Origin: Terriglobia bacterium
Lineage (GTDB): Bacteria > Acidobacteriota > Terriglobia > Versatilivoradales > Versatilivoraceae
Assembly (NCBI GenBank): GCA_046331665.1
Contig: JAXLQK010000023.1
Coordinates: 36,692 to 100,691 of the forward strand
Direction: 5' to 3'
DNA: 64,000 nucleotides
Below are positions 10,984 to 22,045 of the stretch, in pieces. Numbering within the stretch: the stretch's first letter is position 1; the number at the start of each line of letters is the position of its first letter. The notes below the pieces were generated by a model. That model was not told the origin of the DNA. It worked only from the letters and a program-made list of their open reading frames with translations, and ran no database searches. The translations under genes were made by a program, and so were the position numbers.

Positions 10984-11878
10984 TGGGAAGAACCCCCGGT
11001 CCGGCGACCGCTGTGCCGATGATTGCCTGTCGTGACAAGAGTTTGCCCTTCAGATTGCCGTTGTTGATCAGATTGAAAAATGAAAAGATCTGATTCTGGT
11101 CCCTGCTGGTCCCCGATTCGCTACCCTTGGTGACACTCTGGCCTGTCCGATTCCCGAAATCATCATAGGTAAAGCTTAACCCCCCAGGCCGTGCTGGCGG
11201 TTGACATCACTAGAATGAATCATTGTGAGCTCCGGCAATCGGCTGTAAAGCTACAGGCCGCTCCCACGGAGCTCTTCAAATGGGCGGATTTCGTTTTCTA
11301 TAAACAGAGGGCTCCTACGGAGCCTACAACCTTGGGAGCGCTCAATCAAAAGATGGGCGATTCGGCGACTAAGCCGCAGAGCGGCGCCCTGTTTATAGAA
11401 AGCGAGGCCCACCTTCGAAAAAGCTCCGTCAGGTGCGACCTGTGAATCCCCGCTCGGCTGTAACCCCCCGGGAATGATTTGAAAATGATTGTTGTCCGAC
11501 CCCTTCAGGGTCGCGTCTGAATGGCGTGGAATTGCCCCCGGGTAGCGCTGCCGCGCAACCCGGGGCTACTGACATTGGTCCCCGATGGGGACCCCTTCCG
11601 GGAAGTGAGGGTCAGCCCTTAAAAAGTAAATTGAGTCGTGAGGCGATCTTACAAACTTGACCTTCCAAGAGGGCATTGTGCCGCAGCGCTTCGTGCAACC
11701 TCCGCAATTGAATGCACACTGTCGCACCCGTCTTCAACCCCATCACTCGAGCGACCTCCCGTTGCGTCAGCCTTGCCTACTCCTGTGAGCCCCGTATCGG
11801 GGCTCAGGTGCACAAACAGGTAATTGCGAGGCCCTGCGTTACACAGAAATGATTCAAGTCTGATGATCTTCATTCTCG

Positions 11879-12910
11879 CTAGACTCTATTGCCGATACTC
11901 AGAATTACAATCGCGATCACAAGAACTGCCAGAGCAGTATTGTTCAAGCGTACAAAACCCCTTTCCGCGTGACGCCATTCACCTGTGAGAGCGCCAAGCA
12001 CGGAGGAAACGATAACTATAGTTGCTTGAAAAATCGGCCATCCGATGGCTGGTCCCGCTTCCCCCAGCAGAATTGAACCGCGGCCGTACAGAAGAACACC
12101 CCCTGTCCACAGGATCCCCATGAGGGATGCCAGCAGCCAGTTAATCTTCGCGCCGGGCGACCAGAATAATTTCCAACTGCTGTTCCGGTGTAACCTCCAG
12201 GCTGCATACCCGGCATTGCTGATCAAGCCGCCCAGCAGACTGATTGCCCAGACGGCGTGGGATGCATTGATGCGCGCGGCGCCGTGTCCACTGGCCTGGT
12301 CCAAAATTTGAGTTCCGAAAGCAAAACTGAAATTCAGCGCGGGTCCCATGAAACCCGACAACACACACAGGAATAGTCCCAAACCAACTGAAGACGATGT
12401 GTCACCAGATCGTTTTTGACTTTTCTTACTCTCCGCTTTCTCACGCCCCTTTCCGGCAATAGCCAGCAGTCCCACCGCGAAAAGGGTCAAAACGAGGCCG
12501 GCAACAACCAGCGCCCCCGAAAGTGTGTACAGCCGACCTGGAGTCAAGAAGACCAAGGGGATGAGCGAGCCCAGCGCAGCGCCCAATCCGACGACGATAG
12601 CAAAACTTAGCGCCATCCCGACCATTGGAATGGAAACTCCAAAGAGCACACTGCCGATGCCCCAGGTGAAGCCGAATAGTGCGGTGGTGAAGAGGGTACG
12701 GGCGGGAACGGCCCCATAAACAGCCAACAAATCGGGAACGGAAAGCGCCGCAACAATCCACGGGGTGACAAGCAGCGCGATGAGAGAGTAAACACCCCAG
12801 ATATTTTCCCACGCCCAGATCTGGATACGTTTCATGGGCAGCGAAAAACTCCCGCTCATCATTCCGCCGACTAAAACAAGAATTAAGGCAATGGAATCCG
12901 CGATCGACAC
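11879..12910 (-). CDS. rhaT: L-rhamnose/H+ symporter RhaT family
   Basis: 343 aa. About ten predicted TM segments. The N-terminus aligns with E. coli RhaT (MK+I--W-WEN-W-V--I---I-PW--AAL) and the protein has the DMT/EamA-like topology of RhaT. Confidence 0.7.
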   Translation of the reverse strand: MSIADSIALILVLVGGMMSGSFSLPMKRIQIWAWENIWGVYSLIALLVTPWIVAALSVPDLLAVYGAVPARTLFTTALFGFTWGIGSVLFGVSIPMVGMALSFAIVVGLGAALGSLIPLVFLTPGRLYTLSGALVVAGLVLTLFAVGLLAIAGKGREKAESKKSQKRSGDTSSSVGLGLFLCVLSGFMGPALNFSFAFGTQILDQASGHGAARINASHAVWAISLLGGLISNAGYAAWRLHRNSSWKLFWSPGAKINWLLASLMGILWTGGVLLYGRGSILLGEAGPAIGWPIFQATIVIVSSVLGALTGEWRHAERGFVRLNNTALAVLVIAIVILSIGNRV

Positions 12911-12983
12911 TTTAGTTCACCAGCAATTGACGGACTGCACTGGCAATGGAAGAGACCCCCAATCCGTAATTCTCCACCTAACA

Positions 12984-13110
12984 GGTTGCTGAAATACTCG
13001 GTCGACCAAAGAGCGGGAGCTGTAGCGGCGGTCTATGACCGTCGAAATTCAATCACTTGCAGAACGACGGCGCTCATAAAGCGCCGCTACAGGGAGTTTT
13101 TCAGCAACCT
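12984..13110. repeat. Palindromic MITE-like repeat, copy B (complete unit)
   Basis: Terminal inverted repeats AGGTTGCTGAAA ... TTTCAGCAACCT. Core GCTGTAGCGGCGGTCTATGACCGTCGAA-loop-GGCGCTCATAAAGCGCCGCTACAG. Lies between rhaT and ino1. Confidence 0.75.
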
Positions 13111-13418
13111 GCTAATAGTCCACGGAACCGCACTCGACAAAACAACCTGTTATCCCAAGTCTTCTGACTTTCGGGCGTCTAAGCAAAGCTAATTCTGTTT
13201 TGTTTTCTGAGTTTGTTCCATATCTTTTTGGCTGGACGGCGGGGGCGTTGCAAAGCCCATTCGAGAATGATGGGATGAGCCTCGGCCCACATTCCCTGTG
13301 GTGAAGCACTGCGAGCTCGTTTTTCCTGTTAGCACCCCGCTAACATTGTGAGCTTTCTCCAATAATCCGTTGCAAATCTCACTCGTTCATAGCAATATTT
13401 ACGATTGCTTTACCTGGT

Positions 13419-14783
13419 TTGTATGGACACTCTGTCTTCATAATCACACTCTTGGAGAAAAAACCTGTGATCAAGAAAGGTACAAAGATAGCACCTGCGA
13501 AGGGGAAGTTGGGGGTTCTCATCCCGGGAATGGGAGCCGTGGCCACAACATTTATTGCCGGAGTCGAGGCCATCCGGAAACATGGCGCCAAGCCATTTGG
13601 ATCGCTGACCCAGATGGGGACCATCCGGCTCGGAAAAAGAACTGAAAAGCGCACGCCACTCATCAAGGATTTTGTCCCTCTCGCTCCCCTCGATAATTTA
13701 GTCTTTGGCGGATGGGATATCCACGGAGAAAACTGCTATGAGACCGCGGTCCGGTCCAACGTACTGGAGAAGTCCCTGCTTCAAACACTGAAGCCTGATC
13801 TGGGACGTCTCAAACCTTGGGATGCCGTGTTTAGCAAGCAATATGTGAAACGGCTTCATGGAACTCATGTCAAGAAGGGGAAAACCAAATACGACCTGGC
13901 GGAGCAGGTCATGGCCGATATTCGGGCCTTTCAGAAAGCCAACGATCTCGATCGCATGGTCATGATCTGGTGCGGCAGCACCGAGGTTTTCTTCAAGACT
14001 GGCGACGTCCACTCCACTGTGGAGAAGTTCGAGAAGGGCTTGAAAAAAAATGACCCCAATATCTCGCCCAGTATGATCTACGCCTATGCGGCTCTTAAGA
14101 TGGGAATGCCCTTCGCGAATGGCGCCCCGAATTTAACGGTCGATATTCCCGCCATGGTCGAGCTGGCTCAACGAAGTCAGGTGGGGATTTGCGGCAAAGA
14201 TTTCAAAACCGGCCAGACGTTGATGAAAACCATCATTGCTCCCGGCTTGAAGTCACGCATGATTGGGCTGAAAGGCTGGTTCTCGACGAATATCCTGGGC
14301 AATCGCGATGGCGAAGTTCTGGATGAGCCCATGTCGTTTAAAACCAAAGAAGAATCCAAGCTGTCCGTCCTTGACCATATCCTACAGCCCGAGCTCTACC
14401 CTGAGCTTTACAAGGGATTTCACCATCAGGTTCGCATCAATTACTACCCGCCCAGCGGCGACAATAAAGAAGGTTGGGATAACATCGACATCTTTGGCTG
14501 GCTCGGTTACCCCATGCAAATCAAGGTGAATTTCCTCTGCCGCGACAGCATTCTGGCCGCCCCCTTGTGCCTGGACCTGGTGCTTCTCCTCGATCTGGCC
14601 CAGCGGGCCGGGATGCACGGCATTCAAGAGTGGCTGTCCTTTTACTTCAAAAGTCCCCAATGCGCGCCGGAACTTTACCCGGAGCATGATCTCTTTATTC
14701 AATTGATGAAGCTGAAGAATACGCTCCGTTATTTGCGCGGCGAAGACCTCATCACTCACTTGGGGTTGGAATACTACGATTGA
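13419..14783 (+). CDS. ino1: Inositol-3-phosphate synthase (myo-inositol-1-phosphate synthase)
   Basis: MIPS family signatures: an N-terminal Rossmann GxGxxAT (GMGAVATT), FGGWDI, and the diagnostic S-x-N-x-LGN-x-DG motif (STNILGNRDG) preceded by GKDFKTGQTLMK. The true start is probably a few codons downstream of the first ATG. Confidence 0.85.
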   Translation: MYGHSVFIITLLEKKPVIKKGTKIAPAKGKLGVLIPGMGAVATTFIAGVEAIRKHGAKPFGSLTQMGTIRLGKRTEKRTPLIKDFVPLAPLDNLVFGGWDIHGENCYETAVRSNVLEKSLLQTLKPDLGRLKPWDAVFSKQYVKRLHGTHVKKGKTKYDLAEQVMADIRAFQKANDLDRMVMIWCGSTEVFFKTGDVHSTVEKFEKGLKKNDPNISPSMIYAYAALKMGMPFANGAPNLTVDIPAMVELAQRSQVGICGKDFKTGQTLMKTIIAPGLKSRMIGLKGWFSTNILGNRDGEVLDEPMSFKTKEESKLSVLDHILQPELYPELYKGFHHQVRINYYPPSGDNKEGWDNIDIFGWLGYPMQIKVNFLCRDSILAAPLCLDLVLLLDLAQRAGMHGIQEWLSFYFKSPQCAPELYPEHDLFIQLMKLKNTLRYLRGEDLITHLGLEYYD

Positions 14784-14809
14784 TATAGAAATCTCTATTT
14801 ACCATTTGT

Positions 14810-15265
14810 CATTGGTCATTTGACATTTTGATTGAGGTTTAGTGGAAGCGATTTCATTGGGTCAATGAGTCAAGGTAGAGAGAAGGCGGACGAACTGGAA
14901 GCCCGGTTGGTTGATTTTGCCGTCAGAATCATAAAGCTTTCCAACTGCCTTCCTAAAACGCCTGCCGGAAGGCACGTGGCCAATCAGTTATTGCGATCAG
15001 GAACCTCTCCCGCTTCCAACTATAGCGAGGCAAGGGCAGCAGAAAGCAGCGCAGATTTCTTGCATAAGCTAGGAATCGTGGCTAAAGAACTAAACGAAAC
15101 TGGTGTTTGGCTGAAAATTATCAGCAAAAGTGGACTGGTTCGTTCTCTCTTGATGACCAGCATCCTTGAAGAGACAATCCAATTGTCAAAAATTGTGACC
15201 TCTTCAGTAATGACCGCCAAAAAAAGGATGAAGCAACACTCAATCTAAATGCCAAATGACCAATG
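14810..15265. mobile_element. IVS-like cassette: four-helix-bundle protein gene bounded by 13-bp perfect inverted repeats
   Basis: CATTGGTCATTTG at 14810-14822. Its reverse complement CAAATGACCAATG at 15253-15265. Together they flank the whole CDS. Confidence 0.6.
14832..15248 (+). CDS. Four-helix-bundle protein (23S rRNA intervening-sequence protein family, TIGR02436/PF05635-like)
   Basis: 138 aa. Characteristic motifs of the S23 ribosomal IVS protein family (LVDFAVRIIKL, RSGTSPASNYSEA, KLGIVAKELNET). Confidence 0.8.
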   Translation: MRFSGSDFIGSMSQGREKADELEARLVDFAVRIIKLSNCLPKTPAGRHVANQLLRSGTSPASNYSEARAAESSADFLHKLGIVAKELNETGVWLKIISKSGLVRSLLMTSILEETIQLSKIVTSSVMTAKKRMKQHSI

Positions 15266-15325
15266 GGCAATGAACGATGACATATTGCCTTCATTGAGCC
15301 AATACCAGGGCACAAGAAGATTTTC

Positions 15326-16000
15326 ATGAGCATGGGTCTAATCATTTCTTCTTCCATCGGCAAAAAGTATCTCATGGCCATTTCGGGCGTGTTGTTGTTT
15401 CTCTTTGTCATTGTCCACATGCTCGGGAATCTCCAGATCTTTCTCGGTCCGGAACCCCTAAATGCCTACGGCGCATTTCTCAAGTCGAAGCCGGGCTTGC
15501 TTTGGACTTTTCGCCTCGGTCTGCTAGTTCTGGCCATCATTCATATCACGACGGCCATCCAGGTTTCGTTGGAGAGCCGCCGGGCCCGGGATGTCCGCTA
15601 CGCCACTCGTAAACCGCCGTATACCAATCTGGCCTCAAGAACGCTTCTTCTCAGCGGCTTGATTCTGCTTGCCTTCTTGATCTACCACTTGATGCAGTTT
15701 ACGCTTGGGCTGACCAATCCCGAGTATCTCCGGTTGGAAGATGCCAAAGGAAGACACGACGTTTACCGGATGGCCATCGCCGGTTTCTCCCAACCTTCAA
15801 TCAGCCTCTTTTATATTGTTTCCATGGGATTACTTTGCCTCCATTTGAGTCATGGCGTCAGTAGCTCATTCCAATCGTTGGGCCTCAAGAACAAGAGAAC
15901 GACGATGGCCATCGATCGTGCCTCACAGATTACGGCGTTAATCATTTTCCTGGGAAACTCATCGATGCCGCTTGCCGTGTGGCTTGGGTGGATCAGGTAA
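15326..16000 (+). CDS. sdhC: Succinate dehydrogenase cytochrome b subunit (b558 family)
   Basis: 224 aa. Five TM helices with conserved His residues. Directly precedes sdhA and sdhB. Confidence 0.8.
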   Translation: MSMGLIISSSIGKKYLMAISGVLLFLFVIVHMLGNLQIFLGPEPLNAYGAFLKSKPGLLWTFRLGLLVLAIIHITTAIQVSLESRRARDVRYATRKPPYTNLASRTLLLSGLILLAFLIYHLMQFTLGLTNPEYLRLEDAKGRHDVYRMAIAGFSQPSISLFYIVSMGLLCLHLSHGVSSSFQSLGLKNKRTTMAIDRASQITALIIFLGNSSMPLAVWLGWIR

Positions 16001-16037
16001 TCTGAGAGACCCTCTCTCGAGATCGAGTGTTTTGAGT

Positions 16038-17951
16038 ATGAAACTAGATTCCAAAATACCCAGCGGACCGGTTCCCAGCAAATGGGACCGCTATCTTCTG
16101 GAGATGAAGCTGGTCAATCCCGCGAACAAGCGCAAATTTGAGGTCATTGTGGTTGGGACGGGTTTGGCTGGCTCTTCGGCCGCCGCTTCCCTGGCTGAGT
16201 TGGGCTATAAGGTCCGCGCCTTTACCTTTCACGACTCGCCCCGGCGAGCCCACAGTATTGCCGCGCAGGGCGGCATCAATGCTTCCAAGAATTATCCGAA
16301 CGATGGCGACAGTGTGTACCGCCTTTTTTACGACACGATCAAGGGAGGAGATTTCCGCGCCCGCGAAGCGAATGTGTATCGGCTCGCCCAGACCAGTGCC
16401 GCCATTATTGATCAGTGTGCGGCGCAGGGCGTCCCCTTTGCCCGGGAGTATGGAGGAGCTCTGTCCAACCGCTCCTTCGGCGGGGCTCAAGTTTCCAGGA
16501 CCTTCTATGCCCGGGGGCAAACCGGACAGCAGCTCCTGCTGGGGGCCTATCAGGCACTCTCGCGCCAGATTGGATTGGGGAATTGTCAGCTCTTCCCCAT
16601 GACCGAACTTCTGGATATCGTGGTGGTCGACGGAGCCGCCAAAGGGATTGTGACCCGGAATCTGGTGAGCGGAAAAATCAGCTCCCATACAGCGGATGCC
16701 GTGGTCCTGGCTACGGGTGGTTATGGAAATGTCTTTTATTTGTCGACGAATGCCGTGGGCTGCAACGTGACCGCGACGTATCGTGCCTACAAGCGGGGCG
16801 CCGCCTTTGCCAATCCGTGTTACACACAAATCCATCCGACTTGTATTCCCGTCAGCGGCGACCATCAATCCAAGCTCACGCTCATGTCGGAATCCCTGCG
16901 CAATGACGGGCGGGTTTGGGTGCCGAAAACCAACGGCGATGTACGACCTGCGAGGCAAATTCCGGAAGGAGAACGGGACTACTATCTGGAGCGCAAATAT
17001 CCGAGCTACGGCAATCTGGCACCACGAGACATTGCCTCGCGCGCCGCGAAAGAAGTCTGTGACCAGGGACGCGGCGTGGGCCCGGGAGGACAAGGGGTCT
17101 ATTTGGATTTTTCCGAGTCGATTGAGCGTCTCGGCGTGGAAACCATTCGCGAACGCTACGGCAATTTGTTTGAAATGTATGAACGGATTACCGGAGAGGA
17201 CGCCTACCAGACGCCCATGCGCATTTATCCGGCCGTGCACTATACAATGGGCGGGCTCTGGGTCGACTATAACCTGATGAGCAATGTCGAGGGGCTCTTT
17301 GTGCTGGGCGAGGCTAATTTCTCCGATCACGGCGCCAACCGACTGGGCGCCAGCGCCCTCATGCAGGGGCTGGCGGATGGATATTTCATTCTCCCTTACA
17401 CCATTGGAAATTTTTTCGCGTCCAATAAGCCGACTCGTATCCCGGCGGACCATGCGGCGTTCAGGCAGGTGGAGCAAGAAGTGAAAACAGCGGTAGGGAA
17501 ATTTTTGTCAATCAAAGGGAAGCGGACTGTGGCGTCCTTCCACCGCGAATTGGGCAAATTGATGTGGGAAAAATGCGGCATGGCGCGCAACGAGAAAGGG
17601 CTTCGCGAAGCGCTGCAGCAAATCCCGGCCTTGCGCCAGGAATTCCACGAAAACGTGAACGTGTTGGGAGACGGCGCTGAACTCAATCAATCACTGGAAC
17701 GGGCCGGCCGGGTTGCTGATTTCCTCGAATTTGCCGAGCTGTTGTGTCTCGATGCTTTAACCCGCGCCGAATCCTGCGGAGGACACTTTCGCGAGGAGTT
17801 TCAGACCGAAGATGGCGAAGCCCTCCGCAATGATACCGAGTTTGCCCATGTTGCCGCATGGGAATATCAAGGGGAAAGAAATGCACCGCGGCTTCATAAG
17901 GAACCTTTGGTGTATGAAGAAGTCGCCATGAGTCAGCGAAGTTATAAATGA
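16038..17951 (+). CDS. sdhA: Succinate dehydrogenase/fumarate reductase flavoprotein subunit
   Basis: FAD-binding GxGxAG ([12 protein letters not shown]), the covalent-FAD His region ([10 protein letters not shown]) and the catalytic Arg/His motifs. The longest ORF starts at 15972. The ATG at 16038 is the more plausible start. Confidence 0.95.
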   Translation: MKLDSKIPSGPVPSKWDRYLLEMKLVNPANKRKFEVIVVGTGLAGSSAAASLAELGYKVRAFTFHDSPRRAHSIAAQGGINASKNYPNDGDSVYRLFYDTIKGGDFRAREANVYRLAQTSAAIIDQCAAQGVPFAREYGGALSNRSFGGAQVSRTFYARGQTGQQLLLGAYQALSRQIGLGNCQLFPMTELLDIVVVDGAAKGIVTRNLVSGKISSHTADAVVLATGGYGNVFYLSTNAVGCNVTATYRAYKRGAAFANPCYTQIHPTCIPVSGDHQSKLTLMSESLRNDGRVWVPKTNGDVRPARQIPEGERDYYLERKYPSYGNLAPRDIASRAAKEVCDQGRGVGPGGQGVYLDFSESIERLGVETIRERYGNLFEMYERITGEDAYQTPMRIYPAVHYTMGGLWVDYNLMSNVEGLFVLGEANFSDHGANRLGASALMQGLADGYFILPYTIGNFFASNKPTRIPADHAAFRQVEQEVKTAVGKFLSIKGKRTVASFHRELGKLMWEKCGMARNEKGLREALQQIPALRQEFHENVNVLGDGAELNQSLERAGRVADFLEFAELLCLDALTRAESCGGHFREEFQTEDGEALRNDTEFAHVAAWEYQGERNAPRLHKEPLVYEEVAMSQRSYK

Positions 17952-17979
17952 ACGCTTCACCCGGAATTCCACGACCGCA

Positions 17980-18726
17980 ATGAAACTTACACTAAGAGTC
18001 TGGCGCCAGAAAAATTCAGAGTCGCGGGGTCAGTTTGTCGAATACCAGGCCACCGATGTGACTCCGGACATGTCCTTCCTGGAAATGTTGGATGTCGTCA
18101 ACGAGGGTTTGATTCGTCAAGGCCTTGAACCGATTGCCTTCGATTCGGACTGCCGCGAAGGCATCTGCGGGACCTGCTCAATGGTGATCAACGGACTCCC
18201 CCACGGGGGGCACCGCGGCACGACCGTCTGCCAACTCCACATGCGGCACTTCAAGGATGGAGACCGGCTTACCATCGAGCCGTGGCGAGCTACGGCATTC
18301 CCTATCTTGCGGGATCTTGTCGTTGACCGCGGGGCCTTCGACCATATCATCCAAGCCGGGGGATTCATCTCCGTATCCACCGGCCAAGCCCCCGAGGCCA
18401 ACACCGTGCCGGTTCCCCGCCCTGCCGCTGAGAAAGCCATGGACGCCGCCGCCTGTATTGGATGCGGCGCTTGCGTCGCCGCTTGCAAGAATGCCTCGGC
18501 CATGCTTTTTGTGGCGGCCAAAGTCACGCATCTCGGCCAATTACCCCAGGGTCAGCCAGAGCGAGCCCGCCGCGTACTCCGGATGGTAAAAGCCATGGAT
18601 GAGGCCGGCTTCGGTCATTGCACCAATACGAGTGCTTGCGAAGCGGCCTGTCCCAAAGAAATTTCCGTGGATTGTATTGCCCGGATGAATCGCGATTACA
18701 TGCGGGCCATGATCGAAGAAGAGTAG
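17980..18726 (+). CDS. sdhB: Succinate dehydrogenase iron-sulfur subunit
   Basis: 248 aa. A 2Fe-2S ligand cluster ([11 protein letters not shown]) plus 4Fe-4S and 3Fe-4S ligands ([23 protein letters not shown]). Confidence 0.9.
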   Translation: MKLTLRVWRQKNSESRGQFVEYQATDVTPDMSFLEMLDVVNEGLIRQGLEPIAFDSDCREGICGTCSMVINGLPHGGHRGTTVCQLHMRHFKDGDRLTIEPWRATAFPILRDLVVDRGAFDHIIQAGGFISVSTGQAPEANTVPVPRPAAEKAMDAAACIGCGACVAACKNASAMLFVAAKVTHLGQLPQGQPERARRVLRMVKAMDEAGFGHCTNTSACEAACPKEISVDCIARMNRDYMRAMIEEE

Positions 18727-18948
18727 GAGACGGCAGGCGGCTTCACGCGGAATGGCAATTGCTGATTGTAGAATGAAACCACGGGGAACAGGAGGAAAAC
18801 AGAATCATTGACGATTTGTTATCGTTTATTGGCTGGTTGCGATCTGCAAAACCACAAACCTACACTGTCAGCATGCCGAATATCCTCAAATAGCAAATAA
18901 CCGATCACAAATCGAAAATTGTCGTCTGAATCCCGGGTTCCGCAGCCT

Positions 18949-19905
18949 TCAAAACATCTGCGTTTGCCACAAGTCATGAATGTGGATAATCCCCGCCAGT
19001 GTCCCGTCCTCCTCAGTCACCAACAGTGAAGTCACTTTTCGATTTTCCATGATTTGCAGCGCTGCAGTCGCCAGATCCTGGGCCTGGATGGTGAGGGGAT
19101 TGAGATGCATACAATCGCTGGCCGATTTTTTCAAAATGTTTTCGTCTTTTTGGAGCAGCCGCCGTAAGTCTCCGTCCGTGATGATCCCCGCGACCCGCCC
19201 TCCGGATCTTACGACGGCGGTTACCCCCATGCCTTTCTTTGAGATCTCGTAAATCACATCCTTCATCGGGGTCGCGACATCCACCTGGGGAATGGCAGGG
19301 CCGCTATGCATCAGATTCTCCACTCGCAATAATTTCTTGCCGAGCTTGCCCCCTGGATGGAGGTTCGCAAAATCTTCCTCTTTAAATCCCCGCTTCTCGC
19401 AAAGGGCCATCGCCAGAGCATCTCCCAGGGCGAGCGCCGCCGTGGTGCTGGCTGTCGGCGCCAGCCCCAGCGGGCAGGCTTCCTGGCGGATACTCACGTC
19501 AAGAACGATGTCACTATACCGGGCAAGGGTCGAATGGGGATTGCCGATCATGGTGATCAGGAAAATCCCTAGCCGTTTCAGAGTTTCGAGCAAACGGAGA
19601 AGCTCTTCGGTTTCCCCGCTATTCGACACGGCGAGCACAATATCGCCTTCGACAATCATCCCCAGGTCGCCGTGATTAGCTTCGGTGGGATGAAGAAAGA
19701 AAGCAGGGGTGCCGGTACTAGCCAGGGTCGCGGCGATCTTCTTGCAAATGATCCCCGATTTCCCAATTCCAGTCACCACGACACGTCCTCGACATTTCAA
19801 CATGGCTTCGACAGCCTGTTCAAAGCGCACATCAATTCGCTCGATGAGAGCGGTAATCGCCTCGGCTTCAATGCGCAACACCTTCTTGGCAGATTCAGAA
19901 ATCAT
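18949..19905 (-). CDS. kdsD: Arabinose-5-phosphate isomerase (KpsF/GutQ family; SIS + tandem CBS)
   Basis: 318 aa. SIS domain (VTGIGKSGIICKKIAATLASTG) followed by two CBS domains. Confidence 0.85.
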   Translation of the reverse strand: MISESAKKVLRIEAEAITALIERIDVRFEQAVEAMLKCRGRVVVTGIGKSGIICKKIAATLASTGTPAFFLHPTEANHGDLGMIVEGDIVLAVSNSGETEELLRLLETLKRLGIFLITMIGNPHSTLARYSDIVLDVSIRQEACPLGLAPTASTTAALALGDALAMALCEKRGFKEEDFANLHPGGKLGKKLLRVENLMHSGPAIPQVDVATPMKDVIYEISKKGMGVTAVVRSGGRVAGIITDGDLRRLLQKDENILKKSASDCMHLNPLTIQAQDLATAALQIMENRKVTSLLVTEEDGTLAGIIHIHDLWQTQMF

Positions 19906-20080
19906 AGACGTTTCGATTTAAACCACGGGGAAAAGAAAAGGATTTGCGATTTGATATTGTCTGTGTTCGATTTATTATTTGATTGCATACAGTCTTTTGC
20001 CATATGGCAAGCAAACGATTGCAAATCGAAAATGACTCCACTTACATTCGGCATTCGGCACTCGTTATTGGGAATTTCGT

Positions 20081-20737
20081 CTAAATGTATCTTTCCATAA
20101 AGTGCGGCAATTGTTCCAGCCCAAGCCCATCGGAAAGCTTCTTGATTCGTTCCGTTTGATCCGGCGTGCCCTTATCTTGGAGAATCTTCTCCAGCTCGAG
20201 AATTTCTTCGCGTGGGGAAAATTCCCGCGCCTTTAATCCCGCTCCGTGTCGGCTCCCTTTCCAGGCCAGAAAATGGCTGATGGTTCGAATTCCAGGGTAA
20301 TAAAAAAACAGGTTGGGACCTGGAATCGGTACCGTCAACGGTGCCAGAAGGATGGCGACCACCGACAGGAGGAGATCCACTCCAAACCAGAACTGGTGTT
20401 TTTTCCCCTGCCTCGCACAAAGTTTGTCAAAGCTGGCAGCCGCTTCCTTCACGGAGAGTGCCGAAGAAAAGTGCAGTTTGATTTCTGAAGCATGCCGCAA
20501 CTGCTTAAACACATGCTCCATCGGATCAATTTTGTATTCTACTCGAATGTAATATTCGTGAACAACGATCGTGAGCTTCTTGCAGAAGCTGGCAACCCGA
20601 TTGTTGCGAAGAGTCAGCCAATCGAGCCAGCGGTCTAACAAGCCTTTCGTGGCCTTCGTTTCGCTCTCCGAAACCCCTTCCTTTTCGGCATACAACAACG
20701 TGGATTTTTTCCCAGGTTGGATTAGATATAGATTCAT
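20081..20737 (-). CDS. Hypothetical membrane-associated protein
   Basis: 218 aa ORF with one or two hydrophobic segments. No recognisable family. Confidence 0.4.
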   Translation of the reverse strand: MNLYLIQPGKKSTLLYAEKEGVSESETKATKGLLDRWLDWLTLRNNRVASFCKKLTIVVHEYYIRVEYKIDPMEHVFKQLRHASEIKLHFSSALSVKEAAASFDKLCARQGKKHQFWFGVDLLLSVVAILLAPLTVPIPGPNLFFYYPGIRTISHFLAWKGSRHGAGLKAREFSPREEILELEKILQDKGTPDQTERIKKLSDGLGLEQLPHFMERYI

Positions 20738-20914
20738 CGGTAGTAGAAAACCTGTTCATAGCCGCTAGATGACGATCCCGAACCAAGACAGCCTGACGAA
20801 TTTTATTAGAATAGCCAATCTAGTGGAGAACCGGTAGAGATTTATTCCCTCACGGATCCCGGATGAGGGAGAACATCTTCATCAGCTTCGAGATGAGGTT
20901 TCTCAAGACCAGGC

Positions 20915-22045
20915 GTGCCGTTCTCGTTGCCAATTGGTGAGAATGCCCTTATTCTTGGCCTGGCATGCACCGAAGGCTGGCAATTCCCGGGACTACCTCA
21001 CTCGAAGGGGGCGCACTTGATCATCAGAAGCCTTATCCCACTTCTTTTTCTTCTGCTGGCAGCTGACACTCCCTCAAGAGCTGGCGACCGGCTCTTCTAC
21101 CCCGGGAAAGATGGCCCCGGCAAAGGGCGGCACCTGGTGCTGGTGGCTGGCGATGAAGAATATCGCTCCGAAGAGGCCTTGCCAATGCTGGCCGGAATTC
21201 TGGCAGAGCGTCATGGGTTTGACTGCACGGTGCTCTTCGCGCAAGACCCCAAAACGGGCGTCATTGACCCAAACAACCAGACGTACATTCCAGGACTCGA
21301 GGCGCTCGATCATGCGGACATGTTGATCCTCTTCACTCGCTTCCGCGATCTTCCGGATTCGGCTATGAAGCCAATTGCCGATTTTGTGAACTCGGGCAAA
21401 CCGATCCTGGGCATTCGGACTGCCACCCACGCTTTCGCGATTGGAGCGGAGAAGCCAAGCGCTTATGCGCGCTACGACTGGAGATCCAAGGAATGGCCCG
21501 GCGGCTTCGGTCAGCAGGTGCTGGGCGAAACCTGGATTGCTCATCACGGAAGCCACGGCAAAGAAAGCACGCGAGGCCTCATCAATCCGGTCCAGGCCCA
21601 TCATCCCATTCTGAAAGGAGTCAAGGCCCTATGGGGGCCGACGGACGTTTATCGCGTGATTCATCTTCCAGAGAATGCGCTGGTGCTTGTCTATGGGCAG
21701 GTCCTGGAGGGAATGCACCCCAACGACGAACCAGTGAAAGGGCCAAAGAATGACCCAATGATGCCGCTCATCTGGGTACGAGGCTATACGGGGGATTCTG
21801 GAAAGACGTCACGGATTATTTGTTCTACGATGGGCGCTGCGGTTGACTTGGAGAGTGAGGGTTTACGCCGCCTATTCGTGAACGCCTGTTACTGGGGACT
21901 CGGTCTCGAGAGCCAAATTCCCAATGAAAGTGACGTGCGTTACGTGCGCGACTATGACCCCACGTTTTTCGGGTTCAACAAGTTTAAGCAAGGGCTGAAA
22001 CCATCGGATTTCGAATCACCTGCCCCAAAGGCTCCATCGCAGTAA
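20915..22045 (+). CDS. ThuA-like (trehalose-utilisation) family protein, class-I glutamine-amidotransferase-like fold
   Basis: 376 aa. Signal peptide. ThuA-like core (HLVLVAGDEEYRSEE, MLILFTRFRDLPDS, PILGIRTATHAF). Confidence 0.6.
   Translation: MPFSLPIGENALILGLACTEGWQFPGLPHSKGAHLIIRSLIPLLFLLLAADTPSRAGDRLFYPGKDGPGKGRHLVLVAGDEEYRSEEALPMLAGILAERHGFDCTVLFAQDPKTGVIDPNNQTYIPGLEALDHADMLILFTRFRDLPDSAMKPIADFVNSGKPILGIRTATHAFAIGAEKPSAYARYDWRSKEWPGGFGQQVLGETWIAHHGSHGKESTRGLINPVQAHHPILKGVKALWGPTDVYRVIHLPENALVLVYGQVLEGMHPNDEPVKGPKNDPMMPLIWVRGYTGDSGKTSRIICSTMGAAVDLESEGLRRLFVNACYWGLGLESQIPNESDVRYVRDYDPTFFGFNKFKQGLKPSDFESPAPKAPSQ

Noticed and set aside
11191-11445. 84-aa plus-strand ORF in the convergent intergenic region
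   Set aside because: It spans the inverted-repeat structure, has no RBS and an odd composition. More likely non-coding structured DNA.
16044-17477. 477-aa ORF on the minus strand
   Set aside because: Antisense to sdhA, whose identity is unambiguous. A GC-rich shadow ORF.
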